Shown here: piece by piece, positions 9,680 through 19,250 of the stretch
Layout: the number at the start of each line of letters is the position of its first letter
Numbering within the stretch: the stretch's first letter is position 1
Assembly (NCBI GenBank): GCA_903908495.1
Contig: CAIVSK010000266.1
Location: 4,674-68,673, forward strand
Reading direction: 5' to 3'
DNA from: Akkermansiaceae bacterium
GTDB lineage: Bacteria; Verrucomicrobiota; Verrucomicrobiia; Verrucomicrobiales; Akkermansiaceae
DNA: 64,000 nucleotides
Made by a program: the position numbers and the translations under genes
Notes under the pieces: model-generated
What the model was told of the DNA's origin: nothing
The model's input: the letters and a program-made list of their open reading frames with translations, nothing else
Database searches by the model: none

Positions 9680-9863
9680 CCCAATACAGTCAGTTTAGAT
9701 GGAGGATAGGCTTCCAGCCTGTCGTTTCATGCGCGGACAGGCGGGACGCGCTGTCTTCCATTACAGGCGGGACGCCTGTTTTCCGATCAGAGCGCGCTAG
9801 ACTGTCAGTATTGGGCGGTCCATCTGTCCTCCGATCAGTGAGTGTTCAATTGACCGTATTGGG
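9680..9863. repeat. REP/MITE-like repeat family 1, copy A
   Basis: The core GGCTTCCAGCCTGTCGTTTCATGCGCGGACAGGCGGGACGCGCTGTCTTCC..ACAGGCGGGACGCCTGTTTTCCGATCAGAGCGCGCT is nearly identical to 56090-56180. It contains a perfect 7-bp hairpin ACAGGCG-GGA-CGCCTGT at 9763-9779. The ends are imperfectly inverted (CCCAATACAGTCAG.. / ..CTGTCAGTATTGGG). Confidence 0.8.
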
Positions 9864-9873
9864 TGGTGCCCGC

Positions 9874-10710
9874 TCAGGCGGTGGCGGGCATCATGAAGGC
9901 GAGCAGCGTGCCGAGTTTGGCGCGCAACTCGTGGCGCGGCACAATGGCATCAATGAGGCCATGATCTAACATGAACTCGGCGGTCTGGAAGCCGGGGGGG
10001 AGATTTTGGTGGGTGGTTTCCTTGACGACGCGGGGGCCGGCGAAACCGATCATGCACTTGGGTTCGGCGAGGTTGACGTCGCCGATGGTGGCAAACGAGG
10101 CGGTGACGCCGCCGGTGGTCGGATGGGTGAGCACGGAAATGAAGGGCAGCTTGGCGTTGGCGAGGCGGGCCAGCGCGGCGCAGGTTTTGGCCATCTGCAT
10201 GAGCGAGAGCATGCCTTCCTGCATGCGAGCGCCGGAGGAGGCGGAAACGATGATGGCACCGCGTTGCTCAGCCACAGCCATTTCCAGCGCGCGGGTGATT
10301 TTTTCCCCCACCACCGAGCCCATCGATCCGGCGAAATACTTGAAATCCATCACCGCGATCATCGCCGGCTGGCCACAGACGGTGAGCCGCCCGGTGACCA
10401 CTGCATCATCCAAGCCGGTTTTTTCACACAGGGCGGCGGTTTTTTCCGCATAGCCCTGGAAACCGAGTGGATTGGAACTGACCAATCCCATCTCGGTCTC
10501 CTCGAAGCTGCCGGGATCGGCCAGCAGCGCGATGCGCTCGCGGGCATCCATCAGAAAATGGTTTTGGCAGGTCTGGCAGACGTAAAGGTTCTGCTTGAGG
10601 TCGAGGATGTGAATCATCGCGCCGCAGTCGGAACACTTGATCCACAGGCCCTCCGGCATGTCATCGCGGCGATCGTGGCGTTGCAGGAGCGGCTTGCTGA
10701 AAATTCCCAT
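9874..10710 (-). CDS. accD: Acetyl-CoA carboxylase carboxyltransferase beta subunit
   Basis: MGIFSK..LWIKCSDCGAMIHILDLKQNLYVCQTCQNH zinc ribbon followed by a carboxyltransferase domain. Start taken at the internal ATG 10710 rather than 10800. Confidence 0.93.
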   Translation of the reverse strand: MGIFSKPLLQRHDRRDDMPEGLWIKCSDCGAMIHILDLKQNLYVCQTCQNHFLMDARERIALLADPGSFEETEMGLVSSNPLGFQGYAEKTAALCEKTGLDDAVVTGRLTVCGQPAMIAVMDFKYFAGSMGSVVGEKITRALEMAVAEQRGAIIVSASSGARMQEGMLSLMQMAKTCAALARLANAKLPFISVLTHPTTGGVTASFATIGDVNLAEPKCMIGFAGPRVVKETTHQNLPPGFQTAEFMLDHGLIDAIVPRHELRAKLGTLLAFMMPATA

Positions 10711-10894
10711 GGGCTTTGAAAAGTGGTTGGAGTTGGAAGTGAAAGGGGTGCTGGCGCTGGCCCCACCGTAGCCGCGAAGGGGGCACGGGACAACCTTCAT
10801 TTACACCCGCAGGTGCCCATGGGCAAAAAATGTTTTGCTTTTCCTTACAACTCTGGCATCCTCAAGCGCGTTGAAGGCAACGATTTCCAATTCG

Positions 10895-11110
10895 ATGAAA
10901 ATGCACCAATTTGTGAGTGGCTCCGCCGTAATCCTTGCCGGATGGCTGATGGTGACGTTTTTACACGACGTCTCGCCGCAACAATATCCGCAGCAACGCA
11001 GAGGCGGGCCGGCCCATGCCGCCAACCGCGAGTCGCCCAAGACCGGGGTGCTGCCTCAAAACGGTAGCAATGCCGCCGCCGCCGGATTGGTGGCAACCCT
11101 GGCTGACTAA
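10895..11110 (+). CDS. Candidate small membrane protein (71 aa)
   Basis: MKMHQFVSGSAVILAGWLMVTFLHD.. has one hydrophobic helix. It lies in the 470-bp accD-CDGSH spacer and is followed by a T-rich stretch. No homology recognised. Confidence 0.2.
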   Translation: MKMHQFVSGSAVILAGWLMVTFLHDVSPQQYPQQRRGGPAHAANRESPKTGVLPQNGSNAAAAGLVATLAD

Positions 11111-11183
11111 AGCGCTCCAGCGGCGGGCGATTTTTTTAAAAATTGGCGATTGCCCTCTTTCAGGAAGCATTTACAGTCAGGGC

Positions 11184-11432
11184 ATGGCTGAAGAACCCGT
11201 CGTGTGTGATACCAAACCGTTAGCCCTTGAAGTTGAAGCCGGAACCTATTGGTGGTGTGCCTGCGGGCGGGCTGCCAATCAGCCGTTTTGCGATGGCTCC
11301 CACAAAGGCACCGGCCTCCAACCGGTGAAATTCGAGGTCGCCGAAAAAACCACCGTGTGGTGGTGCCAGTGCAAGCAGACCGCCGGCGCGCCGCTTTGCG
11401 ATGGTTCGCACAAGAAACTGCGCACGCCTTGA
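11184..11432 (+). CDS. CDGSH iron-sulfur domain protein (two CDGSH motifs)
   Basis: MAEEP..WWCACGRAANQPFCDGSHKG..WWCQCKQTAGAPLCDGSHKK. Start at ATG 11184. Confidence 0.9.
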   Translation: MAEEPVVCDTKPLALEVEAGTYWWCACGRAANQPFCDGSHKGTGLQPVKFEVAEKTTVWWCQCKQTAGAPLCDGSHKKLRTP

Positions 11433-11460
11433 GCCAGAGGGGCAGGGGCGGTAGGCCCAC

Positions 11461-11591
11461 TGCCGTCAGGTTAGCAGGATTGGGCGTCCAGCCTGTCGTC
11501 TCAAGTGCAGACAGGCGGAACGCGCTGTCTGCCCTCACAGGCTGGACGCGTGTGTTCCGATCAGAGAGGGCTGAATTGACACTATTGGGCG
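11461..11591. repeat. REP/MITE-like repeat family 1, copy B (diverged)
   Basis: GGCGTCCAGCCTGTCGTCTCAAGTGCAGACAGGCGGAACGCGCTGTCTGCCCTCACAGGCTGGACGCGTGTGTTCCGATCAGAGAGGGCTGAATTGACACTATTGGGCGG aligns with copy A along its whole length. Confidence 0.7.
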
Positions 11592-11679
11592 GCCCGCCCG
11601 TTCTGCCAATGCACAGCCAAGCAAAGCCGGGCTTCGCGTAGCGACGCCGGCAGTGCCCCTCCCCCCGGTCGGGCGAACG

Positions 11680-13509
11680 CTAGTCGAGCACCTCGCGCAC
11701 GGCTCCCTTGTCCGCGGAGGTGACGTGGAGGGCGTAGATTTTGAGGGCGTTGGAGACGCGGCGGGAGCGGGGAGCGGGGTGGTAGGCGAGTTTACCCTTG
11801 GCGAGTTCGGCTTGTTCGCGGGCGGCGAGTTCGGCGTCGCTGACCACCAGTTGGATTGAGCGCTCAGCGATGTTGATCGTGATGGTGTCGCCATCTTGAA
11901 CCAGCGCGATGGCGCCACCGGCGGCGGCTTCGGGTGAGACGTGGCCGATTGAGAGCCCGGAGGTGCCGCCGGAAAACCGGCCGTCGGTGATGAGGGCGCA
12001 GTATTTGCCCAGGCCCATGGATTTCAGGTAGGACGTGGGGTAGAGCATTTCCTGCATGCCGGGGCCGCCGCGGGGTCCTTCATAGCGGATGACGACCACG
12101 TCGCCAGCCACGATGCGGCCCTGCAGGATGGCCTCGCAGGCGGCATCCTGGGATTCGAACACCTTGGCAGTCCCTTGGAAACGTAGGGAGCCAACGTCCA
12201 CGCCCGCGGTTTTGACGATGGATCCGGCGCGGGCGATGTTGCCGCTGAGCACTGCCAGGCCGCCATCCGGCGAATAGGCGTGGGCGACGTCGCGGATGCA
12301 GCCGAGTTGCTTGTCGGTGTCGAGTTCGCGGAAACTTGCCGACTGCGACGCGAAAACCAGGTTGCGGCCGCCACCGGGGGCGCTTTTATAGACTTCAATG
12401 GCCTCTTGGCACACCGTCGGCCGCGAAATGTCATAGCGGGCGATCGCTTGCGCCAGGGTCATGCCGTCGGCCCGCTGCACCGTGCCGTCGACCAGGCCGG
12501 CGGCTTCGAGTTCGCCGAGGATGCGCAGGATGCCGCCGGCGCGGTTGACGTCCTCGACGTGGTAGTCCGAGCTGGGGGCGACTTTGCAAATGCAGGGGAC
12601 GCGGCGCGAGATGGCGTCGATATCGTCCATGCCGAAGGGGACGCCGGCCTCATGAGCGATGGCCAGAATATGGAGCACCGTGTTGGTCGAGCCGCCCATG
12701 GCCACGTCCAGCGCCATGGCATTGTCAAACGCGCTGCGGCAGGCGATCGAGCGCGGCAACACCGTGGTGTCGCCGTCGCGGTAATAGGCGAAGGCCATCT
12801 CCACGATGCGCGTGGCCGCCTGCTCGAACAACTTGCGACGGTTGGCGTGGGTCGCCACCACCGTGCCGTTGCCCGGCAGCGCCAGGCCAAGCGCCTCGTT
12901 GAGGCAGTTCATCGAGTTGGCGGTGAACATGCCCGAGCACGACCCGCAGGTCGGGCAGGCATTGCGCTCGACGCTCTCCAGCAACTCGTCCGAAACCGAG
13001 CTGTCGCCGCCCATGACCATCGCGTCGACCAAATCGTATTTTTTATCGCCGACCACGCCGGCTTCCATCGGTCCGCCCGAGACGAAAATGGCCGGGATGT
13101 TGAGGCGCATGGCGGCCATGAGCATGCCCGGGGTGATTTTGTCGCAATTGCTGATGCAGATCATGGCATCCGCCTGATGGGCGTTGACCATGTATTCCAC
13201 GCTGTCGGCAATGACTTCGCGCGAGGGCAGCGAATAGAGCATCCCGTCGTGGCCCATGGCGATGCCGTCATCGACGGCGATGGTGTTGAATTCCGCCGCA
13301 AAGCAGCCCTGTGCTTCAATCAGGCCTTTGACGAATTGTCCGACGTCGTGGAGGTGGACGTGACCCGGCACGAACTGGGTGAACGAGTTGACGACGGCGA
13401 TGATGGGCTTGCCGAACTGGCCGTCCTGCATGCCGTTGGCGCGCCAGAGGCTGCGCGCGCCGGACATCAGGCGGCCTTGGGTGGTGGTGTTGCTGCGTAA
13501 GGATGGCAT
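11680..13509 (-). CDS. ilvD: Dihydroxy-acid dehydratase
   Basis: [54 protein letters not shown]..; full-length IlvD. Start at ATG 13509, not the 13680 extension. Confidence 0.95.
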   Translation of the reverse strand: MPSLRSNTTTQGRLMSGARSLWRANGMQDGQFGKPIIAVVNSFTQFVPGHVHLHDVGQFVKGLIEAQGCFAAEFNTIAVDDGIAMGHDGMLYSLPSREVIADSVEYMVNAHQADAMICISNCDKITPGMLMAAMRLNIPAIFVSGGPMEAGVVGDKKYDLVDAMVMGGDSSVSDELLESVERNACPTCGSCSGMFTANSMNCLNEALGLALPGNGTVVATHANRRKLFEQAATRIVEMAFAYYRDGDTTVLPRSIACRSAFDNAMALDVAMGGSTNTVLHILAIAHEAGVPFGMDDIDAISRRVPCICKVAPSSDYHVEDVNRAGGILRILGELEAAGLVDGTVQRADGMTLAQAIARYDISRPTVCQEAIEVYKSAPGGGRNLVFASQSASFRELDTDKQLGCIRDVAHAYSPDGGLAVLSGNIARAGSIVKTAGVDVGSLRFQGTAKVFESQDAACEAILQGRIVAGDVVVIRYEGPRGGPGMQEMLYPTSYLKSMGLGKYCALITDGRFSGGTSGLSIGHVSPEAAAGGAIALVQDGDTITINIAERSIQLVVSDAELAAREQAELAKGKLAYHPAPRSRRVSNALKIYALHVTSADKGAVREVLD

Positions 13510-13594
13510 GGCGCACTTATAAGCGGGTTTGCCGAAATGGAAATCAAAACCTCGCGCTGCAGCTGTTTCCATGAAAAACAGGTGGCGTTGTGCC

Positions 13595-14361
13595 TTATTC
13601 CGCCGCCTGTACCCGCACGAACTTGTGAGGGCTGCCGAGCGGGATGCTTGCTTGTTTGCGGACGTAATCGGTGGCGACACCGGTCTGATGAATCGCGTCG
13701 GTGATCGTCGCGCTACTGGTGCTCCATGGTTCTTCCAGGGTCGTGCTCTCCTGGAGGACGTAGGTGGCGTTGGCCCGCTCGGACCAACGCACGATCAATC
13801 CGCCCGGAGTGCTCTCAAAGGTGGTGGGTGAACCGGTGTTGGCGACGGGCGAGGTGCCAAACAGGCATTCCTGCAGATTGGTGAAGCCGTCGCCATCCGG
13901 ATCGGCCGCGGGGCCGCGGTCAGCCTCATTCGGAATCACCGCGGACCACAGGGTGTAGGGATCGGTGATGGCCGGGCCGCTGGTGACCGTGACGATGCCA
14001 GTTCCGGAAAAGCAGCTGTCGTCCTGATGGGTAGATCGATGCCGCTGTCGCCGGTGCCGTCGCCCACTTGGAAGACGGTCCCCGGCAAGCCTAACGATCC
14101 CAGCGAGGCGGTGGCATTGGCCCCGGTGCGCACTGAGTCCCAACTGCGGAAACTGGTCCCCGGGGTGAATTTCCGCCGCTTGTTCCACAGCACCATGTTG
14201 ACCTCCTGCCGGATGTCCGCCGCCAGGTGAAAATCCCCGCACAAGGTCCGTATGAAAAGGATCAGGTCATCCTGACAGCCCGTCAATTCCTGCACAAAAC
14301 CATCCACGTCTGCGATTTCCGGGCTGTTTTCCATCACTTTAAACGGCGCATTTCGGGCCAA
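13595..14361 (-). pseudogene. Chimeric gene remnant: N-terminal about 75 aa of a planctomycete/verrucomicrobial-type ECF sigma factor joined to the frameshifted C-terminal module of a surface protein
   Basis: Frame of 14361: ..FVQELTGCQDDLILFIRTLCGDFHLAADIRQEVNMVLWNKRRKFTPGTSFRSW matches sigma region 2 and then runs into unrelated sequence. A second frame (to 13595) encodes ..[27 protein letters not shown], like the C-terminus of the 5085-9590 protein (DPDHDGLSNLMEFYLNGNP..FVRLKVVK). The frames switch near 14000. Confidence 0.55.
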
Positions 14362-14519
14362 GGTTTAGTCGGGGTCGCAAGAATGGCAATTGAATACAGG
14401 GTGGGCATCCCTCAAAAAACTTTCTGGCTTTACTTGCTTCCTGCCCCGGCGTCTCCTATCCTAACCGCTTCACGTTAGGAAAGAGTCAATCCCCCCAAAG
14501 CCAAGTCGCATCAACCAGC

Positions 14520-16715
14520 ATGTCAAACAAAGCCATAAGAATCACCCTCGGGACAGTGATCATAGTCGCTGCGATCCTGGGATTCATGCGTTTCAGCAGA
14601 TCCATGTCTGAAGCCAAGTTGGACCCGCTCCGTTGGACCCAACAAGCAGGCACGGGCGATGCCTTGGCCCAGGCCTATCTGGGGCACGCTCTGTATCAAG
14701 GGTATATGAGCAACTACGGACTCAAAATGGACCGGCCCAAAGGCGTCGACTGGATCAATCAGTCTGCCACTGCAAACCATCCACTCGGCCTCTGTCTGAG
14801 GGGGCTCTTGCGGATCGGTGCCTGCACCAGTGGCAGCCGCGTCAAGCTGGATGATGCATCGGCGCAACAGGATTTCAAGGCGGCGGTGGGTCGAGGATTG
14901 CTTCGGGATGCTGAATCCGGGGGGCCTGTGTGGTGGCTCGTTGTCGGCCGGGCCATCGAGCTGAAATGTGTAACTGCGGACGATGGTCGCCCGGCGGCGG
15001 CGTGGTATCGGAAGTCGGCCGATGCTGGGAACTCGGAAGGAATGAGGTTGCTGGCGGGATGTTACACCCAAGGCACTGATTTGGAAAAAGATCCTTCTCA
15101 GGCGGAAAAATGGCTCCGCAAGTCCGCGGAGGCGGGATCTCCCGATGGAATGTATTTGCTCGGTAACTATTACGACTCTGGAACCAATGCCGTGGAAAAC
15201 GAACCATTGGCAGCGCAATGGTATCTGAAAGCTGCGGAACTGGGTCATGCATCGGCCCAATATCGTGTTGGGCTGTGTTTCGAATTGGGAATTGGCAAAC
15301 CACAAGACGAGTCAACGGGCCTGAAGTGGTTGCTGATGTCTGCGGAACAAGGATTGGCAGATGCCCAATCCTATCTCGGTAAACACTACATCGGAAAAAA
15401 GGATGATATGGAAGCGGCCAAGTGGTACCGCAAGGCTGCCGAACAAGGAGACCCAAACGATCAATTCGCCATGGGGAATTTCTATGCCGATGGCAGGGGA
15501 CTCCCAAAGAACTTGGACGAGGCGGCGCGTTGGTATAGAAAGTCCGCTGACCAAGGGTGCGCGCACGGCCAGCTTGCCATCGGTGCTTGCTATGAAAATG
15601 GCGCAGGAGTGGAGACGAGCAGGCGGGACGCCATGAAATGGTATCGCCTCGCGGCGGATTCCGGCGATGCCGATGCCATGTACCGTCTTGCCATGTGCCA
15701 TGATTCGGTCATTGGCGTGGAAAGCAATCCGGACGAAGTCCTCAAATGGTTGCGCAAAGCATCCGATGCCGGTCAACAGGATGCTCGCAGCAAGCTTGAA
15801 TCCATTCTCAAGCTGGATAAATCCGAGACTGCCGGCTCGCCCAAACCCGCTCCGATTGAAACGGCTGCCGTCGACACCGATCCGACAAGGAAGTCCGGCC
15901 CAGGCGAGAAGCTCACTGGCAAAGCGCTGGAAACTAGAGCAGACTCTGAAAAGAAAGTCATCGCAGCATTGGGAGTCTTCAAAAAAGCAACGCTGGAGGA
16001 GGCCAAGGAGGTGGTTCGATTGCTCGAAGCCGCCCAGAAAATCGATCCTGGAAACGAGGGGATTCCGAAGCTCGAAGACATCATCAAGGAGGTTTTCCGG
16101 GAAGAGGCGGGCTTGAAAAAATCGCTCTCCGATCGCAAAGAGGCTGACGCCCAGTATGAGGCTAAAATGAAGAATCTGGAAATCGTATTAACGCCCTCAA
16201 GGCTGCACGGAAAAGTGGATGTGAATGAAGCAACCCGGCTCAAAAGTGAAGCCGATGAGATCATTCCCAAAGCCGAGAAGGTGATTGAAGCCAGCCGCTC
16301 ACGGCTGGCCAGCTCACTCAGCAGCGCCGCTAAAGAAATCCCCCCTCCGGAACGCGAGATTCTATCGCCTACATGGAATGCCATCGCCACTCGCAGCGGA
16401 ATTCAAGCATCACCGGGTACTGGAACTTATGCGGCTGTCCCGGTCGCACCTAAAATCCCCGTCATCAAAATCATTTCGGCGATCTATGGCAGCGGCGGAA
16501 AAAACGCGGATGTCACCGCGCGTGTGACTGAACTGGTTGAGGTCAAGCACCAGACTTTCTCTGCCAACCCCGGTAATTTGGGGACCGATCCGAATCCGGG
16601 CTGGAACAAGGGTCTTACCATTGTCTATACGGTTAACGGTGTGCGCTGCGAACAGCATCGAAATGAAAACGAAACCATCCTGATAGAAAGTTTCAATCCG
16701 CCACCGACACCCTGA
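14520..16715 (+). CDS. Sel1-like (SLR/TPR) repeat protein with a coiled-coil region and an unassigned C-terminal beta-rich domain
   Basis: N-terminal membrane anchor. About nine repeats of the A..WY.KAAE.G...AQ..LG..Y..G.GV type. K/E-rich central region. C-terminal IKIISAIYGSGGKNADVTARV..TIVYTVNGV module. GC is visibly lower (about 50-55%) than the flanks. Confidence 0.8.
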   Translation: MSNKAIRITLGTVIIVAAILGFMRFSRSMSEAKLDPLRWTQQAGTGDALAQAYLGHALYQGYMSNYGLKMDRPKGVDWINQSATANHPLGLCLRGLLRIGACTSGSRVKLDDASAQQDFKAAVGRGLLRDAESGGPVWWLVVGRAIELKCVTADDGRPAAAWYRKSADAGNSEGMRLLAGCYTQGTDLEKDPSQAEKWLRKSAEAGSPDGMYLLGNYYDSGTNAVENEPLAAQWYLKAAELGHASAQYRVGLCFELGIGKPQDESTGLKWLLMSAEQGLADAQSYLGKHYIGKKDDMEAAKWYRKAAEQGDPNDQFAMGNFYADGRGLPKNLDEAARWYRKSADQGCAHGQLAIGACYENGAGVETSRRDAMKWYRLAADSGDADAMYRLAMCHDSVIGVESNPDEVLKWLRKASDAGQQDARSKLESILKLDKSETAGSPKPAPIETAAVDTDPTRKSGPGEKLTGKALETRADSEKKVIAALGVFKKATLEEAKEVVRLLEAAQKIDPGNEGIPKLEDIIKEVFREEAGLKKSLSDRKEADAQYEAKMKNLEIVLTPSRLHGKVDVNEATRLKSEADEIIPKAEKVIEASRSRLASSLSSAAKEIPPPEREILSPTWNAIATRSGIQASPGTGTYAAVPVAPKIPVIKIISAIYGSGGKNADVTARVTELVEVKHQTFSANPGNLGTDPNPGWNKGLTIVYTVNGVRCEQHRNENETILIESFNPPPTP

Positions 16716-16757
16716 AGGGCTGCCGGCGCCCCTTGCCGGGCGTGTGCGTCAAGCTTG

Positions 16758-19250
16758 CTATCGGGTGAGCAGAACATGCTGCCCCGCCTGGGTTGCGAAC
16801 TTCAGCAGTCCGTCGGGGGTGACTTGGAGCGTGGCGTTCGGGTCGCCGCACGTCCAATCGGCCGGGTCAACCAGCCGCAGTTGGCAATCGCCACCCAGGT
16901 GTGAGGTGATATCGATACTGCGCAATTCGTTTGTCTGCCAGACCGCGCCAACTTCAAAGCCGCCACGGGCCATCAGGCCATGGAAGCTCCCTTCCGACCA
17001 CTCGGGCGGACATGCTGGCAACAGGTGGATGAATCCAGCCTGGCTTTGCAGCAACATCTCGGCAATGCCCGCCGTGCCGCCGAAATTCCCATCGATCTGA
17101 AAAGGCGGGCAGGTATCTAGCAAATTTGGCAGCGTCGACTTGGTGAGCAGGTTGGTGAGCATGCGGCCCGTGGCGGCCCCATCTTCGAGCCGGGCCTGGA
17201 GGTTGATCTTCCAAGCGATGCTCCAGCCGGTGCCGCCTTCACCGCGGAGCTCCAGCGTGCGGCGGGCGGCTGCGGCCAGGGCGGGCGTGCCGCGCAGGGA
17301 AATCTCATCGCCGGGATGCAACCCGAAAATATGCGAGATATGCCGGTGGTGCGGATCGGTTTCCTTGAACTCCTCCGCCCACTCCAGCAACTGGCCCTGG
17401 GAGCCGATTTGATACGGACGGAGCTTGGCCAGGGCGTTGCTTAGTTCTTGTTGGAAAGCGGGATCGAGTGCGAGTGTTTGTGCCGCTGTTAGTGTGTGCT
17501 TGAACAAATCGCGGATGATCGCCAAGTCCATGGCAACCCCGGCAGAGGCCCCGCCTTGAGCCCGCTTGCCTTGGGCATTGGTGTAGGCAAAGGCATTTTC
17601 CGGGGAGGTGCCCACGGGCGTGACCAGTTGCCCATTGGCATCCGGCACCAGCCAGTCCAGATAGAATTCGCAAGCGCCCTTCAGCAGCGGATAGGCGTCG
17701 TGGGCAAGAAACCCGCGGTTGCCGGTGAACGCGTAATGTTCTACGAGTTGGCGGCAGAGCCAGGCGCTGCCCATGGGCCAGAATGACGTGCGGACTTCAT
17801 TGTCCACCGGTTGGGCGCAGCGCCAGAGGGTGGTGTTGTGATGTGCCACCCAGCCGCGGCGGCCATACATGTCCCGCGCGACGCGACGGCCATCCACGGC
17901 GAGCTCGCGGATCATTTCCAGCAGCGGCGCGCTGCATTCGGATAGGTTGGCCACTTCCACCGGCCAGTAGTTCATCTCGGTGTTGATATTGATGGTGTAA
18001 CTGCTGGCCCACGGCGGAATGACATCCTCATTCCACATCCCTTGCAAATTGAGCGGCTGGCCGCCGGCCCGCGAGCCTGCAATCATCAGGTAGCGACCGA
18101 ATTGGAAATACAGTGCGGCGAGTGCCGGGTCCTTCCCGTTGCCAAACAGTTTGAGCCGCTGGCCGGTGGGCAATTTGCTTTGCTCCCCTGGCGCGCCGCC
18201 GAGTTGCAACGAGGCACGATCGAAAAGACTGCGGTAATCGGCGACGTGCCGCGCCGCCAATTCCACGAAGGGTCGGCGCGCCGCGGCTTCCAGAAACCCG
18301 GCGGCCTTGGCAACCGGGTCCACGCCATCGCGGCTGGGACTCTTGTCAAATCCGTTGAAGCTCGTCGCCGCACTCAGAAGCACCAGTGCCTCATCGGCTC
18401 TACTCACCGAGAACTGCCCGTCTTTTTCCACCACCGTGCCACCACTTGTCTGCACTCGCAGCCGGGCATGAAAAAACGTCCCCCGCCCGCCGATCTCGGC
18501 ACCATACATGACTTGTTTTGCATTCGGCAGGCGTTTGCCATCCGGCCCGAACAGTTCGGGATATTTCCAGGTGTCACCCTGCTTTTCTATCCAGTCGAGC
18601 GTCCGCCGCACGACTAATCCAGGGGCCTGCCCCGTCATCGCCAGCATCTGGCCTTTCGCGTCGGCATGGACGCTGGCGGTCGGGTGTGGTGAGTCGAGCC
18701 CGACCCGGAAACGAATGCTGCCGGGTTTGCTCGCGGTCAGGCGGATGGCAATGACCTCGTCCGGATGCGAGGCTAACATCTCGCGCTGGAACGTGACCCC
18801 GTTGCATTCATATTGAACCCGGCAGGTGGCGTCGGTTAGAGAAAGTTCCCGGCGATAATGACTGATATCGCCGCCGTGGTCAAAGGCCAGCCGCAGGTTG
18901 CCCATCGGCTGATAACATGCCCACGAGCGGCCGAGCCATTTGCGGCCGATGAGAGCATCCGCCTCGGCGAATTTCCGCGCGGCGAGCAATTCGCGGACGG
19001 CTGCAAAGTCCGGGCGCACATCCAGCGGCAGCGTGCGGTACCCCGGTTCATCGGAGGCCAGGGTGTTTTCGTTGAATTGGATCCGTTCCTGCCGGGGCTC
19101 GCCAAAGATCATCGCTCCGAGGCGACCGTTGCCGATCGGCAGCGCCTCGTTCCAATGCGCCGCGGGCTGCTCATACCACAGCCGCAACGGCTCTTGGGCG
19201 GACGCGCCGAGTAAACCACCGAGAAGAAAGCAGGCGAGGAGTGGGTGCAT
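16758..19250 (-). CDS. Glycoside hydrolase family 95 (alpha-L-fucosidase-like)
   Basis: Signal peptide MHPLLACFLLGGLLGASAQ, then LWYEQPAAHWNEALPIGNGRLGAMIFG..ERIQFNENTL, the typical GH95 N-terminus. Start at ATG 19250. Confidence 0.88.
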   Translation of the reverse strand: MHPLLACFLLGGLLGASAQEPLRLWYEQPAAHWNEALPIGNGRLGAMIFGEPRQERIQFNENTLASDEPGYRTLPLDVRPDFAAVRELLAARKFAEADALIGRKWLGRSWACYQPMGNLRLAFDHGGDISHYRRELSLTDATCRVQYECNGVTFQREMLASHPDEVIAIRLTASKPGSIRFRVGLDSPHPTASVHADAKGQMLAMTGQAPGLVVRRTLDWIEKQGDTWKYPELFGPDGKRLPNAKQVMYGAEIGGRGTFFHARLRVQTSGGTVVEKDGQFSVSRADEALVLLSAATSFNGFDKSPSRDGVDPVAKAAGFLEAAARRPFVELAARHVADYRSLFDRASLQLGGAPGEQSKLPTGQRLKLFGNGKDPALAALYFQFGRYLMIAGSRAGGQPLNLQGMWNEDVIPPWASSYTININTEMNYWPVEVANLSECSAPLLEMIRELAVDGRRVARDMYGRRGWVAHHNTTLWRCAQPVDNEVRTSFWPMGSAWLCRQLVEHYAFTGNRGFLAHDAYPLLKGACEFYLDWLVPDANGQLVTPVGTSPENAFAYTNAQGKRAQGGASAGVAMDLAIIRDLFKHTLTAAQTLALDPAFQQELSNALAKLRPYQIGSQGQLLEWAEEFKETDPHHRHISHIFGLHPGDEISLRGTPALAAAARRTLELRGEGGTGWSIAWKINLQARLEDGAATGRMLTNLLTKSTLPNLLDTCPPFQIDGNFGGTAGIAEMLLQSQAGFIHLLPACPPEWSEGSFHGLMARGGFEVGAVWQTNELRSIDITSHLGGDCQLRLVDPADWTCGDPNATLQVTPDGLLKFATQAGQHVLLTR

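Noticed and set aside
9655-9969. ORFs 9655-9969, 11249-11641 and 55993-56637 crossing the family-1 repeats, and 61456-62299 ORFs crossing the family-2 repeats
   Set aside because: They are translations of palindromic repeat DNA. The same peptide strings arise in either orientation, and there is no start context or conservation logic.
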